In this document: in pieces, positions 17,040 through 27,593 of the stretch
How the letters are laid out: each line of letters begins with the position of its first letter
Position numbering within the stretch: the stretch's first letter is position 1
DNA from: Eubacteriales bacterium
Lineage (GTDB): Bacteria > Bacillota > Clostridia > Oscillospirales > JAAYXM01
Assembly (NCBI GenBank): GCA_045544695.1
Contig: JAZPZP010000022.1
Coordinates: forward strand, 1 to 43,943
Reading direction: 5' to 3'
Length of the DNA stretch: 43,943 nucleotides
Position numbers and translations under genes: made by a program
The notes under the pieces: model-generated
Seen by the model: only the letters and a program-made list of their open reading frames with translations
What the model was told of the DNA's origin: nothing
Databases searched by the model: none

Positions 17040-18113
17040 TTAAAAGAACTTCTGCTCGAGCGGATTCTGGCGCTCAATTTCTTCGAAAATTGCAATCTCT
17101 GTCTTGATGTGCTCAGGTGTAATGAAGAGCTCTCCACCGTTTACCATGTGGTCGTAAAGCTTTGTGTAGTATGCGTTGGTGCCATACTCAAATGCATCAC
17201 CGTTAAGCTCAATTTCTTCCTTGTGCCATACGATTGTGTTCTTGCAGTATGCCGGAGTTCCATCCTCATTGTGGAGGGAATTCGGGTCGAGAACCGGCTG
17301 TGGTGATTCGCTCTCGAGATAGTACTGATACTCAATCTTCTTATCGCCTACGCGCATAGCGCCACGGTCGCCGTGAACCTTATAGTACCAACCTTCGTTG
17401 TACGGATCTGACGGGTTAATCTCAATTTCAAAGCGCGGACCCTTCTCATATTCTAAAATTGCAAATACATAGTCCTCAGCATCACCGACGGAGTTAAAAA
17501 TCTCAAGCTTTGAATAGATATTCTTCGGCATTTCGTCTGTACCGGAGAGGAAAATGCACTGCTCAAACGGGTGCGGACCTGTGTTTCTCATAGCGCCTGC
17601 ATCCTTGCGGATGAGAGTCTGCCAGTCGTAACGGCGGGTAAAGTTGTTCCAACGAGCACGAACAAGCTTGATATCGCCGAGGATACCGGAGTTAATGATT
17701 CTCTCCATCTCCATATAATACTGAGCAAGTCTTGACTGCTGGAAAATTGTAAACATAACATTGTTTTTCTTTGCTGCGTCAGCAAGCTCCTGAACCTGGC
17801 TTGCCTTCTTGGCAATCGGCTTCTCACAAAGCACGTTAAAGCCGTGGTTTAAAAGGTCAAGTGTTGTTTCGTAGTGAAGCTCTGAGTAAGATGCATTGAT
17901 AACCAAATCAATGTCCTTGCGATCAAAAAGAGCCTTGTAGTCGCTATATGTATCGCAACCGAAATCGCTTGCTGCAACTGCAGCACGAGCAGGGTCAAAC
18001 TCAACAACTGCAACAACATTGTACTTGTCATTAGCTTCCGAGCGAAGATATGCGCCGTGGATATCGCAGCCGCTTCTGCCGTAACCGATTACGGCAACAT
18101 TCAATTTTTTCAT
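17040..18113 (-). CDS. Gfo/Idh/MocA family NAD(P)-dependent oxidoreductase
   Basis: 357 aa. Rossmann N-terminus MKKLNVAVIGYGRSG and the EKP motif (VLCEKPIAKK). Confidence 0.85.
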   Translation of the reverse strand: MKKLNVAVIGYGRSGCDIHGAYLRSEANDKYNVVAVVEFDPARAAVAASDFGCDTYSDYKALFDRKDIDLVINASYSELHYETTLDLLNHGFNVLCEKPIAKKASQVQELADAAKKNNVMFTIFQQSRLAQYYMEMERIINSGILGDIKLVRARWNNFTRRYDWQTLIRKDAGAMRNTGPHPFEQCIFLSGTDEMPKNIYSKLEIFNSVGDAEDYVFAILEYEKGPRFEIEINPSDPYNEGWYYKVHGDRGAMRVGDKKIEYQYYLESESPQPVLDPNSLHNEDGTPAYCKNTIVWHKEEIELNGDAFEYGTNAYYTKLYDHMVNGGELFITPEHIKTEIAIFEEIERQNPLEQKFF

Positions 18114-18204
18114 AGTAATCCAACTCCTTTATATTTTCATTATATACTTTTTAAAAAAGATTTCCTTAACTATTTTTCTTAATTTTCCAAAAATCTTAAC
18201 TATC

Positions 18205-19086
18205 TTATTCTTTCATAATACGTCTGAACTGCGACGGCGGAATACCGTAACTCTTTTTAAATACACGGCTGAAGTAATTTGAATCAGAAAAACCGCAGGT
18301 TTCACAAATTTCTACAAGTGATGTATTTGTGTCGCGCAAAAGCTCTGCCGCGTGATTGAGCCTTAAGTTCATAATATACTCGCTAAACGTCTTCCCTGTA
18401 ACCTGCTTGAAAATGTAAGAAAAGGTTGAGGTCGACATCATAGCAATTCTGCAAACCTCTTCGAGATATATTTTCTCGTTATAATGCCGATTGATATATA
18501 AAATCGCTTTATCTATTGCATCCCTGTATTTTTCAAAAAGCTCATCCGCTTCGTATTCGGCGTTCTCAGCATATTCCGAGGCAATTGTTGCAAGAAGCTT
18601 TAAAAGATCAGCCTTTATAAATAAATACGAATGCTTGCGATATGAATTGTATTCGCGCAAAAGGTCTGAAAATAGCTTATCAATGAAGTGCGACTTCTCA
18701 TCACTTACCCTGCAGAGACTCTTTACCATATTCTGACTTAAGAAAAACGGCTCTAAGTATGCAATGTCAAAAAGTCCGTCGCGATCCTCATATTGCAGTG
18801 CTTCATTGATGAAGCGTTCGGAAAATTCACAACAAATCAACGAGGAATTATTATCATCACATTCAACTCTGTGTTCTACAAACGGTGGAATGATGCAAAT
18901 TCCATATTGGAAGCAGTCATATTTGTAGCCGTTTAAATACTGGCGGCATTTTCCCTTTCGCACATACCAGATTTGAAAATACTCGTGCGAATGGTCTTTC
19001 TGCTTAAAAGGACCCTTGTTTTCGAAAATCTTTACCGGGAACTTGGTATTCATATTTTTATCGGTCGTGTAGAAAGCCTTTTCCAT
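18205..19086 (-). CDS. AraC family transcriptional regulator (cupin N-domain + HTH_18)
   Basis: 293 aa from ATG 19086 (MEKAFYTTDK...). That ATG shares one base with the TAA of the upstream gene (TAATG). C-terminal AraC signature SLVEICETCGFSDSNYFSRVFKKSYGIPPSQFR. The track start at 19137 would overlap the upstream CDS by 52 nt. Confidence 0.85.
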   Translation of the reverse strand: MEKAFYTTDKNMNTKFPVKIFENKGPFKQKDHSHEYFQIWYVRKGKCRQYLNGYKYDCFQYGICIIPPFVEHRVECDDNNSSLICCEFSERFINEALQYEDRDGLFDIAYLEPFFLSQNMVKSLCRVSDEKSHFIDKLFSDLLREYNSYRKHSYLFIKADLLKLLATIASEYAENAEYEADELFEKYRDAIDKAILYINRHYNEKIYLEEVCRIAMMSTSTFSYIFKQVTGKTFSEYIMNLRLNHAAELLRDTNTSLVEICETCGFSDSNYFSRVFKKSYGIPPSQFRRIMKE

Positions 19087-20081
19087 TACCAATGCTCCTT
19101 CATAACGGATACAAAGTGCTCCATAAATCGCGCACATCCGTCTCTGTTTAAATGCCCCTGATCGGCAAAATCGCTGTCCCAGAGTATTTCTGACGACGAT
19201 GTTGCAAAGTCAATAAACGGTATTTGAAATTCATCCGCAATCTCCTGCACCGCGCCTGTTATTTTATCATAGTATTCAATTCGGTTAAAAATAGTTGGCG
19301 GAAGCGGTGCAATAGTCAAGGCCACTTCGATATCATTTTCCTGTGCCAGAGCTATAAGTTTCTTTAAATACTCAATCTGACGCGGATGGAATTCTTCATA
19401 TTCTTTGGAAAATGGGTGATTTTCAGGCGCGACCATCTCACTTGTAATGGAATTCCGCGTAGAATAAAAGCCGTTTCCTCGATAGTTGTCTGCTCGTTCC
19501 TCTTCCTCTTCGTTATCGGACGACGACATAATGCTCTCTATTCTTCCGAATGGGTTTAAATAGTTGTTGTAAAAATCTAAACAGTCATTGAATTTCAGCG
19601 TGTTCCAAAGCATAGAAAAAGCATTGGTTGACGGCTTTAGTTCCTTTAAGATAGTTACCGCCTGCTCCTTTGAGTATTCCTCAAGCAGAACCTTGAAATA
19701 AACATCATAAATCAAATACTTTGGCTTCTGCGTTTTCAGCACTTCGCGGAGCAGATAGTACGCGGTATCCGGCTGTTGGAGTGCCGTTCCCAAATTGAAC
19801 ATCTCCATATCAAACTCGTATTTAACCCACGCGGGATCATAACTGCACATTGCATGACTCGAACCTAAAACCAAAACATCAACGCTGTTCTCGGGCAAAG
19901 CATAAAAGTCAGATATCTGATAGCTTGTTATCCTCTGCGTTACATTTCGGTCATTATAGTGAGCCGCAAGAGCAATTGCCGACACTTGCGCTGCCGCATA
20001 AAAAACGATGAGCGCAAGCAGGAACGCGAGTATTCTTTTTGTATATATTTTAAAATTGGAAGTAAATAAACGCGGTTTCAT
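19086..20081 (-). CDS. Membrane-anchored SGNH/DltD-like protein, partner of the MBOAT acyltransferase
   Basis: 331 aa. N-terminal TM ILAFLLALIVFYAAAQ, block-I-like VLVLGSSHAM, and a C-terminal D-x-x-H-like FADQGHLNRDG. Its ATG at 20081 lies 32 nt inside the end of the MBOAT gene. Confidence 0.6.
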   Translation of the reverse strand: MKPRLFTSNFKIYTKRILAFLLALIVFYAAAQVSAIALAAHYNDRNVTQRITSYQISDFYALPENSVDVLVLGSSHAMCSYDPAWVKYEFDMEMFNLGTALQQPDTAYYLLREVLKTQKPKYLIYDVYFKVLLEEYSKEQAVTILKELKPSTNAFSMLWNTLKFNDCLDFYNNYLNPFGRIESIMSSSDNEEEEERADNYRGNGFYSTRNSITSEMVAPENHPFSKEYEEFHPRQIEYLKKLIALAQENDIEVALTIAPLPPTIFNRIEYYDKITGAVQEIADEFQIPFIDFATSSSEILWDSDFADQGHLNRDGCARFMEHFVSVMKEHW

Positions 20082-21489
20082 TTCCTGTCACTCCAAACAT
20101 CATTATAAGGCCAAAAAGCACAAGATAGCAGATATATCTGACCGTTCTGTGCCCATAGAAAAGGCGTGTTAAGGCATTTTCCTTGCGTGAAACAAACGAA
20201 ATTATACAGAAAAGAAGCGCAAGAAGTGCCGAGCTTACAATTCTGTATGTACCAATACTTTCAAAAAAACCTGCGAAGTCAAGCGGGAAAATATGGCTTA
20301 TGATATAAATCGCATCCGAAAGGCTGTTTGCGCGGAAGAATATCCATGAAAAGCAAATAAGCATAAAAGTTACGGCAACCTGAAGAATTTTATGCAATAC
20401 CACGCACTTATCGCCAAAAACTCGCTCATTTACCTTCTTACGCAAGTCTTTGGTACAGGTGCTGATGCTTGTATAAACACCGTTGATAAGCCCCCATATT
20501 ACAAAGGTCCACTCGGCACCGTGCCACAAACCACTCAGTGCAAAAGTTGTCATATTGTTTAAAATATATCTCGCCTTACTGCAACGACTTCCGCCAAGAG
20601 GAATGTAGACATAATCGCGGAACCACGAGGAGAGCGATATGTGCCATCTGCGCCAAAACTCACCGGTTGTTTTTGATAAATACGGGCGATTGAAGTTTTG
20701 CATAAGGTTAAAGCCCATAATTTTTGCAGAGCCGACTGCGATATCCGAATATCCGGAAAAGTCGCCGTAAATCTGAAGCGCAAAGGCTACCGTTGCCGCA
20801 ATAAACGCAGCACCCGAATGCTCCCCCGTGTTGTTGTAAACCTCATTTACAAGGAGCGCCAGCCTGTCGGCAATTACAATTTTTTTGAATAATCCCCATA
20901 AAATTACGCGCAAGCCCAAAATTGCCCTTGCGATATCAAATCTCTTCTGCTCTGCAAACTGCGGAAGAAGATTATCTGAGCGCTCAATAGGGCCGGCAAC
21001 AAGCTGCGGAAAGAACGAAACAAAGAGCGCAAAAATTCCGAAATGGCGCTCAACCTTAGTCGTTCCCTTGTAAACATCAATAGTATAGCTGAGCGTCTGG
21101 AATGTAAAAAACGAAATTCCGACAGGTAGCAGGATATCAAATGTCGGCAAATTTATTGACGAATTAAAAAGATCAAGAGCAGAATTGATATTCTCCGTAA
21201 CAAAGCCGAGATATTTGTATACGAACAGTACTCCGAAGCTCAAAACAAGGTCAACCGTAAGTATGATTTTCCTTTTGAGTTTGTCTTTTTCTTTGTCAAT
21301 TAAAATCGCGGCAAAAAAGTTAATCGCGGTACAGAAAAGTATAAGCAAAGCGTATTCAGCGCGCCACGACATATAAAAATAATAGCTCGCCGCAAGGAGA
21401 AGAATCCAGCGAAAGCGCGGTGCAATTATAAAATACAGCAATGCAACGAGCGGCAAGAATATAAGGTACTCAAATGAATTAAAAATCAA
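20050..21489 (-). CDS. MBOAT family O-acyltransferase (AlgI/PatA/DltB-like)
   Basis: 479 aa, polytopic. Typical N-terminus (M)IFNSFEYLIFLPL and a conserved His region EFWRRWHISLSSWFRDYVYIPLGG. TTG start at 21489. Confidence 0.88.
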   Translation of the reverse strand: MIFNSFEYLIFLPLVALLYFIIAPRFRWILLLAASYYFYMSWRAEYALLILFCTAINFFAAILIDKEKDKLKRKIILTVDLVLSFGVLFVYKYLGFVTENINSALDLFNSSINLPTFDILLPVGISFFTFQTLSYTIDVYKGTTKVERHFGIFALFVSFFPQLVAGPIERSDNLLPQFAEQKRFDIARAILGLRVILWGLFKKIVIADRLALLVNEVYNNTGEHSGAAFIAATVAFALQIYGDFSGYSDIAVGSAKIMGFNLMQNFNRPYLSKTTGEFWRRWHISLSSWFRDYVYIPLGGSRCSKARYILNNMTTFALSGLWHGAEWTFVIWGLINGVYTSISTCTKDLRKKVNERVFGDKCVVLHKILQVAVTFMLICFSWIFFRANSLSDAIYIISHIFPLDFAGFFESIGTYRIVSSALLALLFCIISFVSRKENALTRLFYGHRTVRYICYLVLFGLIMMFGVTGNETAFIYFQF

Positions 21490-21691
21490 AACAAATCACC
21501 ATAAAAACATATTTATATAAAGTATACAATTCAAAAAAGAAAGTGTCAATGAGATTATACATTAAAAAAATAATTTTGCAACAATTTTGTGTGTTTATAA
21601 AATATTTTACTCCTTTTTTTGCATTGCAGGAATATCCGAGCCAACTTTCGGTGAAAATGTATTGGAAGAAAACTTTAAGGAGAAAAATAAT

Positions 21692-22771
21692 ATGAAACGA
21701 TTTATTGCGATTATTTTATCATTTCTTTTAATTTTCACTCTCTGCGCGTGCGGTATGGGCGGAAATGTTTCCGATGATGCAAAATTTGTGGGTGTTGCAA
21801 TGCCCGCAAAGTTCTTGCAGCGTTGGAATCAGGACGGAACAAATATGAAAAAAGCGCTCGAGGAGCGCGGATATCGCGTTGAGCTTCAGTATGCGGAAAA
21901 CGATGTAAACACCCAGGTTTCACAAATTGAAAATATGATTACCAAAAAAGTTGATGTTCTGGTAATCGCCGCGGTTGACGGTTCGGCACTTACCGACGTG
22001 CTCTCTCAGGCGCACGCAAACGGCATCAAGGTAATTGCCTACGACCGACTTATTATGAATTCCGATAATGTCGACTACTACGCAACTTTTGACAATGAAA
22101 TGTGTGGCAGTCTTCAGGGAAAGTTCATCGTTGAAAAGTTAGGACTTGAAAATAACGCAGGCCCGTTCAACATTGAAATTTTTGCGGGTAGCTCGGACGA
22201 CAACAATGCGCTTTATTTCTACAAAGGTGCTATGGATGTGTTAAAGCCTTATATTGATAACGGAAAATTAGTTGTAAAAAGCGGCCAGACGGATTTTGCA
22301 AAGGTTGCTATCAACACCTGGAAATCAGAGCTCGCTCAGGCGCGAATGGACAACCTTTTAACTGCAAATTACGCAAACAACACGCCGCTTCACGCGGTGC
22401 TTTCCCCGAATGACAGTCTGGCAATCGGCATTATCGCGGCACTCAAGAACATCGGCTACAACGGCACGGATAAACCCTATCCGATTATCACAGGTCAGGA
22501 CTGTGACAGACCGAATGTCGTCGCGCTCAAAAATGGTGAGCAATCGATGAATATTTTCAAGGATACGCGCATACTTGCCGACAAGGTTGTCAGCATGGTC
22601 GACTCTCTCCTCGCAGGCAAGGATGCTGAGGTAAACGACACAACAACCTACGATAATGGTGTTAAAATCGTTCCGACTTACCTTTGCAGTCCGGTAATTG
22701 TAACGCAGGACAATTACCGCGAAATTTTAATTGATTCCGGCTACTACACGGAAGCCGAAATTGAAAAATAG
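21692..22771 (+). CDS. chvE: Multiple-monosaccharide ABC transporter substrate-binding lipoprotein, ChvE family
   Basis: 359 aa from ATG 21692, with AAGGAG at 21678-21683. Lipoprotein signal MKRFIAIILSFLLIFTLCAC. Long collinear similarity to my recollection of Agrobacterium ChvE (QIENMITKKVDVLVIAAVDG, GIKVIAYDRLI, YYATFDN, GPFNIEIFAGSSDDNNA, VLKPYIDNGKLVVKSGQ, AQARMDNLL, NIFKDTR). Confidence 0.88.
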   Translation: MKRFIAIILSFLLIFTLCACGMGGNVSDDAKFVGVAMPAKFLQRWNQDGTNMKKALEERGYRVELQYAENDVNTQVSQIENMITKKVDVLVIAAVDGSALTDVLSQAHANGIKVIAYDRLIMNSDNVDYYATFDNEMCGSLQGKFIVEKLGLENNAGPFNIEIFAGSSDDNNALYFYKGAMDVLKPYIDNGKLVVKSGQTDFAKVAINTWKSELAQARMDNLLTANYANNTPLHAVLSPNDSLAIGIIAALKNIGYNGTDKPYPIITGQDCDRPNVVALKNGEQSMNIFKDTRILADKVVSMVDSLLAGKDAEVNDTTTYDNGVKIVPTYLCSPVIVTQDNYREILIDSGYYTEAEIEK

Positions 22772-22822
22772 CTTTGACGGCATTGGGAAACCAATGCCGG
22801 GGACATAGAAACGGAGGCGGCT

Positions 22823-24349
22823 ATGGCTGATTATATTTTGGAAATGCAGGAAATCGTAAAGGAATTCCCCGGTGTGCGCGCGTTAAATAATGTTAACTTA
22901 AAGGTCGAGCGTGGTACAATTCACGCACTTTGCGGTGAAAACGGTGCCGGAAAGTCAACTCTTATGAAGGTTCTTTCGGGTATCTGGCCCTATGGCTCAT
23001 ATTCGGGCAAAATTATTTTTGATGGTGAGGAATGTAAATTTTCAAACATCCGTGACAGCGAATCGCGCGGTATTGCGATAATTCATCAGGAGCTTGCCTT
23101 GGTGCCTGATTTGTCTATAGCCGAGAATATCTTTCTCGGTAATGAGCGCCAAAAGCGCGGCGTTATCGACTGGAACGAAACCTTTTCGGCTGCTCGCGAA
23201 ATGCTGAAAAAAGTAGGCTTAAACGAAGAACCTACTACAAAAATCTCTGAGCTTTCAGTCGGAAAACAACAGCTTTGTGAAATTGCAAAGGCACTTGCCA
23301 AAAATGCGCGACTGTTGATTTTAGATGAGCCCACCGCATCGCTTAATGAAAACGATTCGGAAAACCTGCTCAATTTACTGCTTGAACTCAAAGCGCGCGG
23401 TATTACCTCGATTATTATTTCCCATAAACTAAACGAAATTGAGCGTGTTGCCGATGAAATCACGGTAATTCGCGATGGAAGCACTATTGAAACGCTCTCG
23501 GGTGAGATCAGTGAAGACCGCATAATCCGCGGAATGGTTGGAAGAGAGATAACCGACAGATTCCCGAAAAGAGACTCAAAAATCGGAGATATCGCCTTTG
23601 AAATCCGCGATTGGACGATAGCTGATCCGAATATTCCGGGTAAAGTGCGCTTAGATCATATAAATTTAAATGTGCGGCGCGGAGAAGTAGTCGGAATTGC
23701 CGGACTTATGGGCGCGGGTCGCACCGAGCTTGCGATGAGTATTTTTGGAAGATTATACGGCAATAAAGTGAGTGGCGAAATCTATAAAAACGGTGAGAAA
23801 ATTTCTCCGAACAGTGTGCGCGATGCGATTAACAAAGGCCTTGCCTATGTAACTGAAGACCGAAAAAGCGCGGGGCTCATTCTGGAAGAAGATATCCGCC
23901 GCAATATAACGCTTTCCAATATGAAAAAAGTCAGCCGTGGCGGTGTAATTGATCCCGATTCGGAAATTGCAGTCGGCGAGGAATATCGCAAAAAGCTTAA
24001 TATTAAATGCTCGAGCATTTTCCAGACGACAGGCAATTTATCGGGTGGAAATCAGCAAAAGGTAGTGCTCAGCAAATGGATTTTAACCGAGCCCGATGTT
24101 CTTATTCTGGACGAGCCGACGCGTGGAATTGATGTCGGCGCAAAGTATGAAATTTATACGATTATAAATTCGCTCGTCGCCGATGGAAAAAGTGTTATTA
24201 TGATTTCCTCTGAGCTTCCCGAGGTTCTCGGCGTAAGTGATCGCGTTTATGTAATGAACGAGGGCAGAATTGTCGGTGAACTTTCACGCGATGAGGCAAC
24301 TCCGGAGCGCGTTATGAGCGCAATTATGGCAAACCGCCGCGTGGATTAA
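22823..24349 (+). CDS. gguA: Sugar ABC transporter ATP-binding protein (duplicated cassette), GguA/MmsA-like
   Basis: 508 aa. Walker [10 protein letters not shown], signature LSVGKQQ / LSGGNQQK, Walker B LLILDEPT / VLILDEPT. Confidence 0.9.
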   Translation: MADYILEMQEIVKEFPGVRALNNVNLKVERGTIHALCGENGAGKSTLMKVLSGIWPYGSYSGKIIFDGEECKFSNIRDSESRGIAIIHQELALVPDLSIAENIFLGNERQKRGVIDWNETFSAAREMLKKVGLNEEPTTKISELSVGKQQLCEIAKALAKNARLLILDEPTASLNENDSENLLNLLLELKARGITSIIISHKLNEIERVADEITVIRDGSTIETLSGEISEDRIIRGMVGREITDRFPKRDSKIGDIAFEIRDWTIADPNIPGKVRLDHINLNVRRGEVVGIAGLMGAGRTELAMSIFGRLYGNKVSGEIYKNGEKISPNSVRDAINKGLAYVTEDRKSAGLILEEDIRRNITLSNMKKVSRGGVIDPDSEIAVGEEYRKKLNIKCSSIFQTTGNLSGGNQQKVVLSKWILTEPDVLILDEPTRGIDVGAKYEIYTIINSLVADGKSVIMISSELPEVLGVSDRVYVMNEGRIVGELSRDEATPERVMSAIMANRRVD

Positions 24350-24361
24350 AGGAGAATTATT

Positions 24362-25519
24362 ATGGACAAAATTAAAAATAAAATGAATATAAGTATGAAC
24401 CTGCGGCAGTTCAGTATGCTCATTGCGCTCGTCGTAATTATGGTACTGTTTCAATTTCTTACGGGTGGAATTCTCTTAACTCCGCAGAATGTAACCAACC
24501 TTATAATGCAGAACGGCTATGTAATAATCCTTACAATCGGTATGCTGCTCTGCATTCTAAGCAGCGGCAGTATCGACTTGAGTGTCGGCTCTGTTGTTGC
24601 ATTTATCGGAGCGGTGCTCGGCGAGCTCATTGTTCAGATGGGTTTTAACACCTGGCTTGCGGTACTGATAGCGCTTGTTATCGGCGGACTTATCGGCGCG
24701 TGGCAAGGTTTCTGGATTGCATATATGCGAATCCCTGCATTTATTGTTACACTCGCAGGCATGCTCGTTTTCCGCGGTCTTACACAATTCGTCTTGCAAG
24801 GGCTCACGCTCTCTCCCTTTCCCGAGGATTTTAACCTGATTTCCTCAGGTTTTGTGCCAAACCCTTTAAGCGCTATCTTTCTCGGTGGCGCGGCAATTTT
24901 AATTTATCTTTTCATGAGTATAAGGCGCCGAATTTTGCGAAAGAAAAAGGGCTTTGACACACAGTCGCTAACCTTTTTCATAATCAGTACCGTTTTAATT
25001 GTTGCCGCGATTGCGCTTTTCTCAATTTGGCTTACTATGTACAAAGGCATTCCGATTCTTTTAATTTTAATGCTCATTTTAATTATCGCCTACTCATTCT
25101 TTACAAGCAAAACCGTACCCGGCAGATATCTATACGCGATGGGCGGTAATGAAAAGGCGGCAATTTTATCGGGTATCAAAACAAAGAAAATCCTTTTTTG
25201 GACATTTGTAAATATGTCGACGCTCGCCGCGGTAGCAGGTGTTGTCTACACCTCCCGACTTCAAGCAGCAACTCCTACTGCAGGCTTAAACTTTGAACTT
25301 GACGCAATTGCCGCATGCTTTATCGGCGGTGCTTCAAGCTCGGGCGGTATTGGCACGATAATCGGTGCTATAATCGGTGCTCTTGTAATTGGTGTTTTAA
25401 ATAACGGACTTTCGATTATGGGTGTCGGCTCAGACATGGTGCAAACAATTAAGGGTCTCGTTTTACTCGCAGCAGTCGTTTTCGATATTCTCTCAAAAAA
25501 GCGCGGAGGACGCGCATAA
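24362..25519 (+). CDS. gguB: Sugar ABC transporter permease, GguB/MmsB-like
   Basis: 385 aa, about 10 TM. Position and family fit (AraH/XylH-type BPD_transp_2). Confidence 0.85.
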   Translation: MDKIKNKMNISMNLRQFSMLIALVVIMVLFQFLTGGILLTPQNVTNLIMQNGYVIILTIGMLLCILSSGSIDLSVGSVVAFIGAVLGELIVQMGFNTWLAVLIALVIGGLIGAWQGFWIAYMRIPAFIVTLAGMLVFRGLTQFVLQGLTLSPFPEDFNLISSGFVPNPLSAIFLGGAAILIYLFMSIRRRILRKKKGFDTQSLTFFIISTVLIVAAIALFSIWLTMYKGIPILLILMLILIIAYSFFTSKTVPGRYLYAMGGNEKAAILSGIKTKKILFWTFVNMSTLAAVAGVVYTSRLQAATPTAGLNFELDAIAACFIGGASSSGGIGTIIGAIIGALVIGVLNNGLSIMGVGSDMVQTIKGLVLLAAVVFDILSKKRGGRA

Positions 25520-25549
25520 AAAAGGTAGTGGCATTCGCCACTACCTTTT
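25520..25549. terminator. Bidirectional terminator between the ABC operon and the convergent V-ATPase operon
   Basis: AAAAGGTAGTGGC (25520-25532), ATTC loop, GCCACTACCTTTT (25537-25549). The right arm overlaps the ntpD stop codon. Confidence 0.85.
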
Positions 25550-26205
25550 TATTTCTGTTTTTCGCGAAGTTGTTCTTCGATCATCATATCCTTTACTTTC
25601 ATAAGACGGGATAAGTTTCCTCTCTCATTTTCGTCAAGCTTCATTGTGATGTATCGAATCGTTTCTTCAAGACGAGGTATCATAAAATGCTCAAGCGCAT
25701 TTACTCGTCTGCGCGTCTTTTCAATTTCCTGCGCTAAGAGCTGCGCGGTTTTCTCTGTTTCCGCAAGAGAGAGCAAGTCTTCGGTAACGGAAGACAGCTC
25801 ATAAACCGCATCGTCAAGCTCACCCGAGGTCATAGCATAGCTATACGGGAAATTTTCGGATGCGTCGTCGTTTTTCATCTTGAAATTATAGACGGGAACG
25901 TCAACGCTCATTATGTTCCTGCTGCCCATCTCGACAGACACGCTCTGTTTCGGAAGAAGGAGAGCCTGCTCGAGCATCTCAGGCGACATAACGGCGGACG
26001 CGAGCGCAAAGCTCTTCTGTGCTCGGATGAGAGAATCCTCAACTCGCGCACGAATCTCGCGGTTTTTGCGTACGACATCCAAAAACTGCTTCATCAGCTC
26101 GTCACGCTTATCCTTTAAAAGCTTATGACCGCGGCGCGCGGTATTTATACGAACTTTAAGCTTTTTAAGCTCCATTCGCGTTGGGTTGACATTAAGTCTT
26201 GCCAT
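25549..26205 (-). CDS. ntpD: V-type ATPase subunit D (central stalk)
   Basis: 218 aa. N-terminus MARLNVNPTRMELKKLK is typical of V/A-type D subunits. Last gene of the operon. Confidence 0.9.
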   Translation of the reverse strand: MARLNVNPTRMELKKLKVRINTARRGHKLLKDKRDELMKQFLDVVRKNREIRARVEDSLIRAQKSFALASAVMSPEMLEQALLLPKQSVSVEMGSRNIMSVDVPVYNFKMKNDDASENFPYSYAMTSGELDDAVYELSSVTEDLLSLAETEKTAQLLAQEIEKTRRRVNALEHFMIPRLEETIRYITMKLDENERGNLSRLMKVKDMMIEEQLREKQK

Positions 26206-26217
26206 CGTAAAAACTCC

Positions 26218-27591
26218 TTATTTTGCCGGAAGATACTTTTCGATATACTCAGGCTTGATTCGCTTGAGCTCACTCTTCGGTAAAATTGATAAAAGCTCCC
26301 AGCCGAGGTTTAGCGTTTCCTCAATGGAACGGTTTTCGTTATAGCCCTGATTTACATAACGACTCTCAAATTCATCTGCAAATTTAGCATAAAGCTTATC
26401 GATATCCGAAAGAGCCGCCTCACCTAAAATTGTCATAAGTTCTTTTGCTTCCTTGCCGCGCGCGTATGCCGCAAAGAGCTGGTTCATTGTGCCTGCGTGA
26501 TCTTCTCTCGTTTTTCCGGCACCGATACCCTTGTCCTTAAGACGTGAGAGCGACGGAAGCACATCGACCGGCGGCTGCATATCCTTGCGATAAAGCTCGC
26601 GAGAGAGAATAATCTGACCCTCGGTAATGTATCCGGTAAGGTCAGGGATAGGATGAGTTTTGTCATCCTCAGGCATTGACAGAATCGGAATCATTGTGAT
26701 TGAACCCGTACTGTCAAGTGTTCTGCCTGCGCGCTCGTACATAGACGCAAGGTCAGTGTACAAATATCCCGGATAACCGCGGCGGCTCGGAACCTCTTTA
26801 CGCGCAGCAGATACCTCACGAAGCGCCTCGGCATAGTTTGTGATATCAGTCATGATAACGAGAACGTGCATATTCTTTTTAAATGCGAGGTACTCAGCGG
26901 CAGTAAGCGCCATACGCGGCGTTGAAATACGCTCGATAGCAGGGTCGGAGGCTAAGTTTACGAACATAACCGTTCTGTCGATAGCTCCGGTTTTCTTAAA
27001 GTCGCTTATAAAGAAGTCAGCCTCCTCGAATGTAATACCGATTGCGGCAAAAACAACCGCGAACTGCGCGTCGTTGCTCAAAACTTTAGCCTGACGCGCA
27101 ATCTGCGCTGCAAGCTGAGCATGCGGAAGACCTGAGCCCGAGAAAATCGGAAGCTTCTGTCCTCTTACAAGTGTGTTAAGTCCGTCAATTGTGGAAACAC
27201 CGGTCTGGATAAACTCGTCAGGATAGTTTCGGGAAGCCGGGTTCATCGGCATACCGTTTATATTACGACGCTCATCGGCTAAAATTTCTGGGCCGTTGTC
27301 GGCAGGTCTGCCCATACCGTCAAATACGCGGCCGAGCATATCCTCGCTTACTGCGAGTTCAATTCCATGACCTAAAAAACGCACCTTACTCTGAGCAAGA
27401 TTGATTCCTGCCGAGCTTTCAAAAAGCTGAACGAGCACGTCGTTTCCGTTAACCTCAAGAACTTTGCAGCGGCGGATTTCGCCGTTTGGAAGCTCAACCT
27501 CACCAAGCTCGTCATAAGAAACATCAACGACATTTTTAACGAGCATAAGCGGGCCCGCTACCTCTTGGATGGTACGATATTCTTTTAACAT
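26218..27591 (-). CDS. ntpB: V-type ATPase subunit B (non-catalytic)
   Basis: 457 aa. F1/V1 alpha/beta fold without a canonical P-loop ([20 protein letters not shown]). Confidence 0.95.
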   Translation of the reverse strand: MLKEYRTIQEVAGPLMLVKNVVDVSYDELGEVELPNGEIRRCKVLEVNGNDVLVQLFESSAGINLAQSKVRFLGHGIELAVSEDMLGRVFDGMGRPADNGPEILADERRNINGMPMNPASRNYPDEFIQTGVSTIDGLNTLVRGQKLPIFSGSGLPHAQLAAQIARQAKVLSNDAQFAVVFAAIGITFEEADFFISDFKKTGAIDRTVMFVNLASDPAIERISTPRMALTAAEYLAFKKNMHVLVIMTDITNYAEALREVSAARKEVPSRRGYPGYLYTDLASMYERAGRTLDSTGSITMIPILSMPEDDKTHPIPDLTGYITEGQIILSRELYRKDMQPPVDVLPSLSRLKDKGIGAGKTREDHAGTMNQLFAAYARGKEAKELMTILGEAALSDIDKLYAKFADEFESRYVNQGYNENRSIEETLNLGWELLSILPKSELKRIKPEYIEKYLPAK

Positions 27592-27593
27592 AA

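Noticed and set aside
23086-23523. 145-aa antisense ORF in gguA; the same applies to the 146-aa alternative-frame ORF at 28049-28489 in ntpA
   Set aside because: These are shadow ORFs within highly conserved ATPase genes, with no independent signals.
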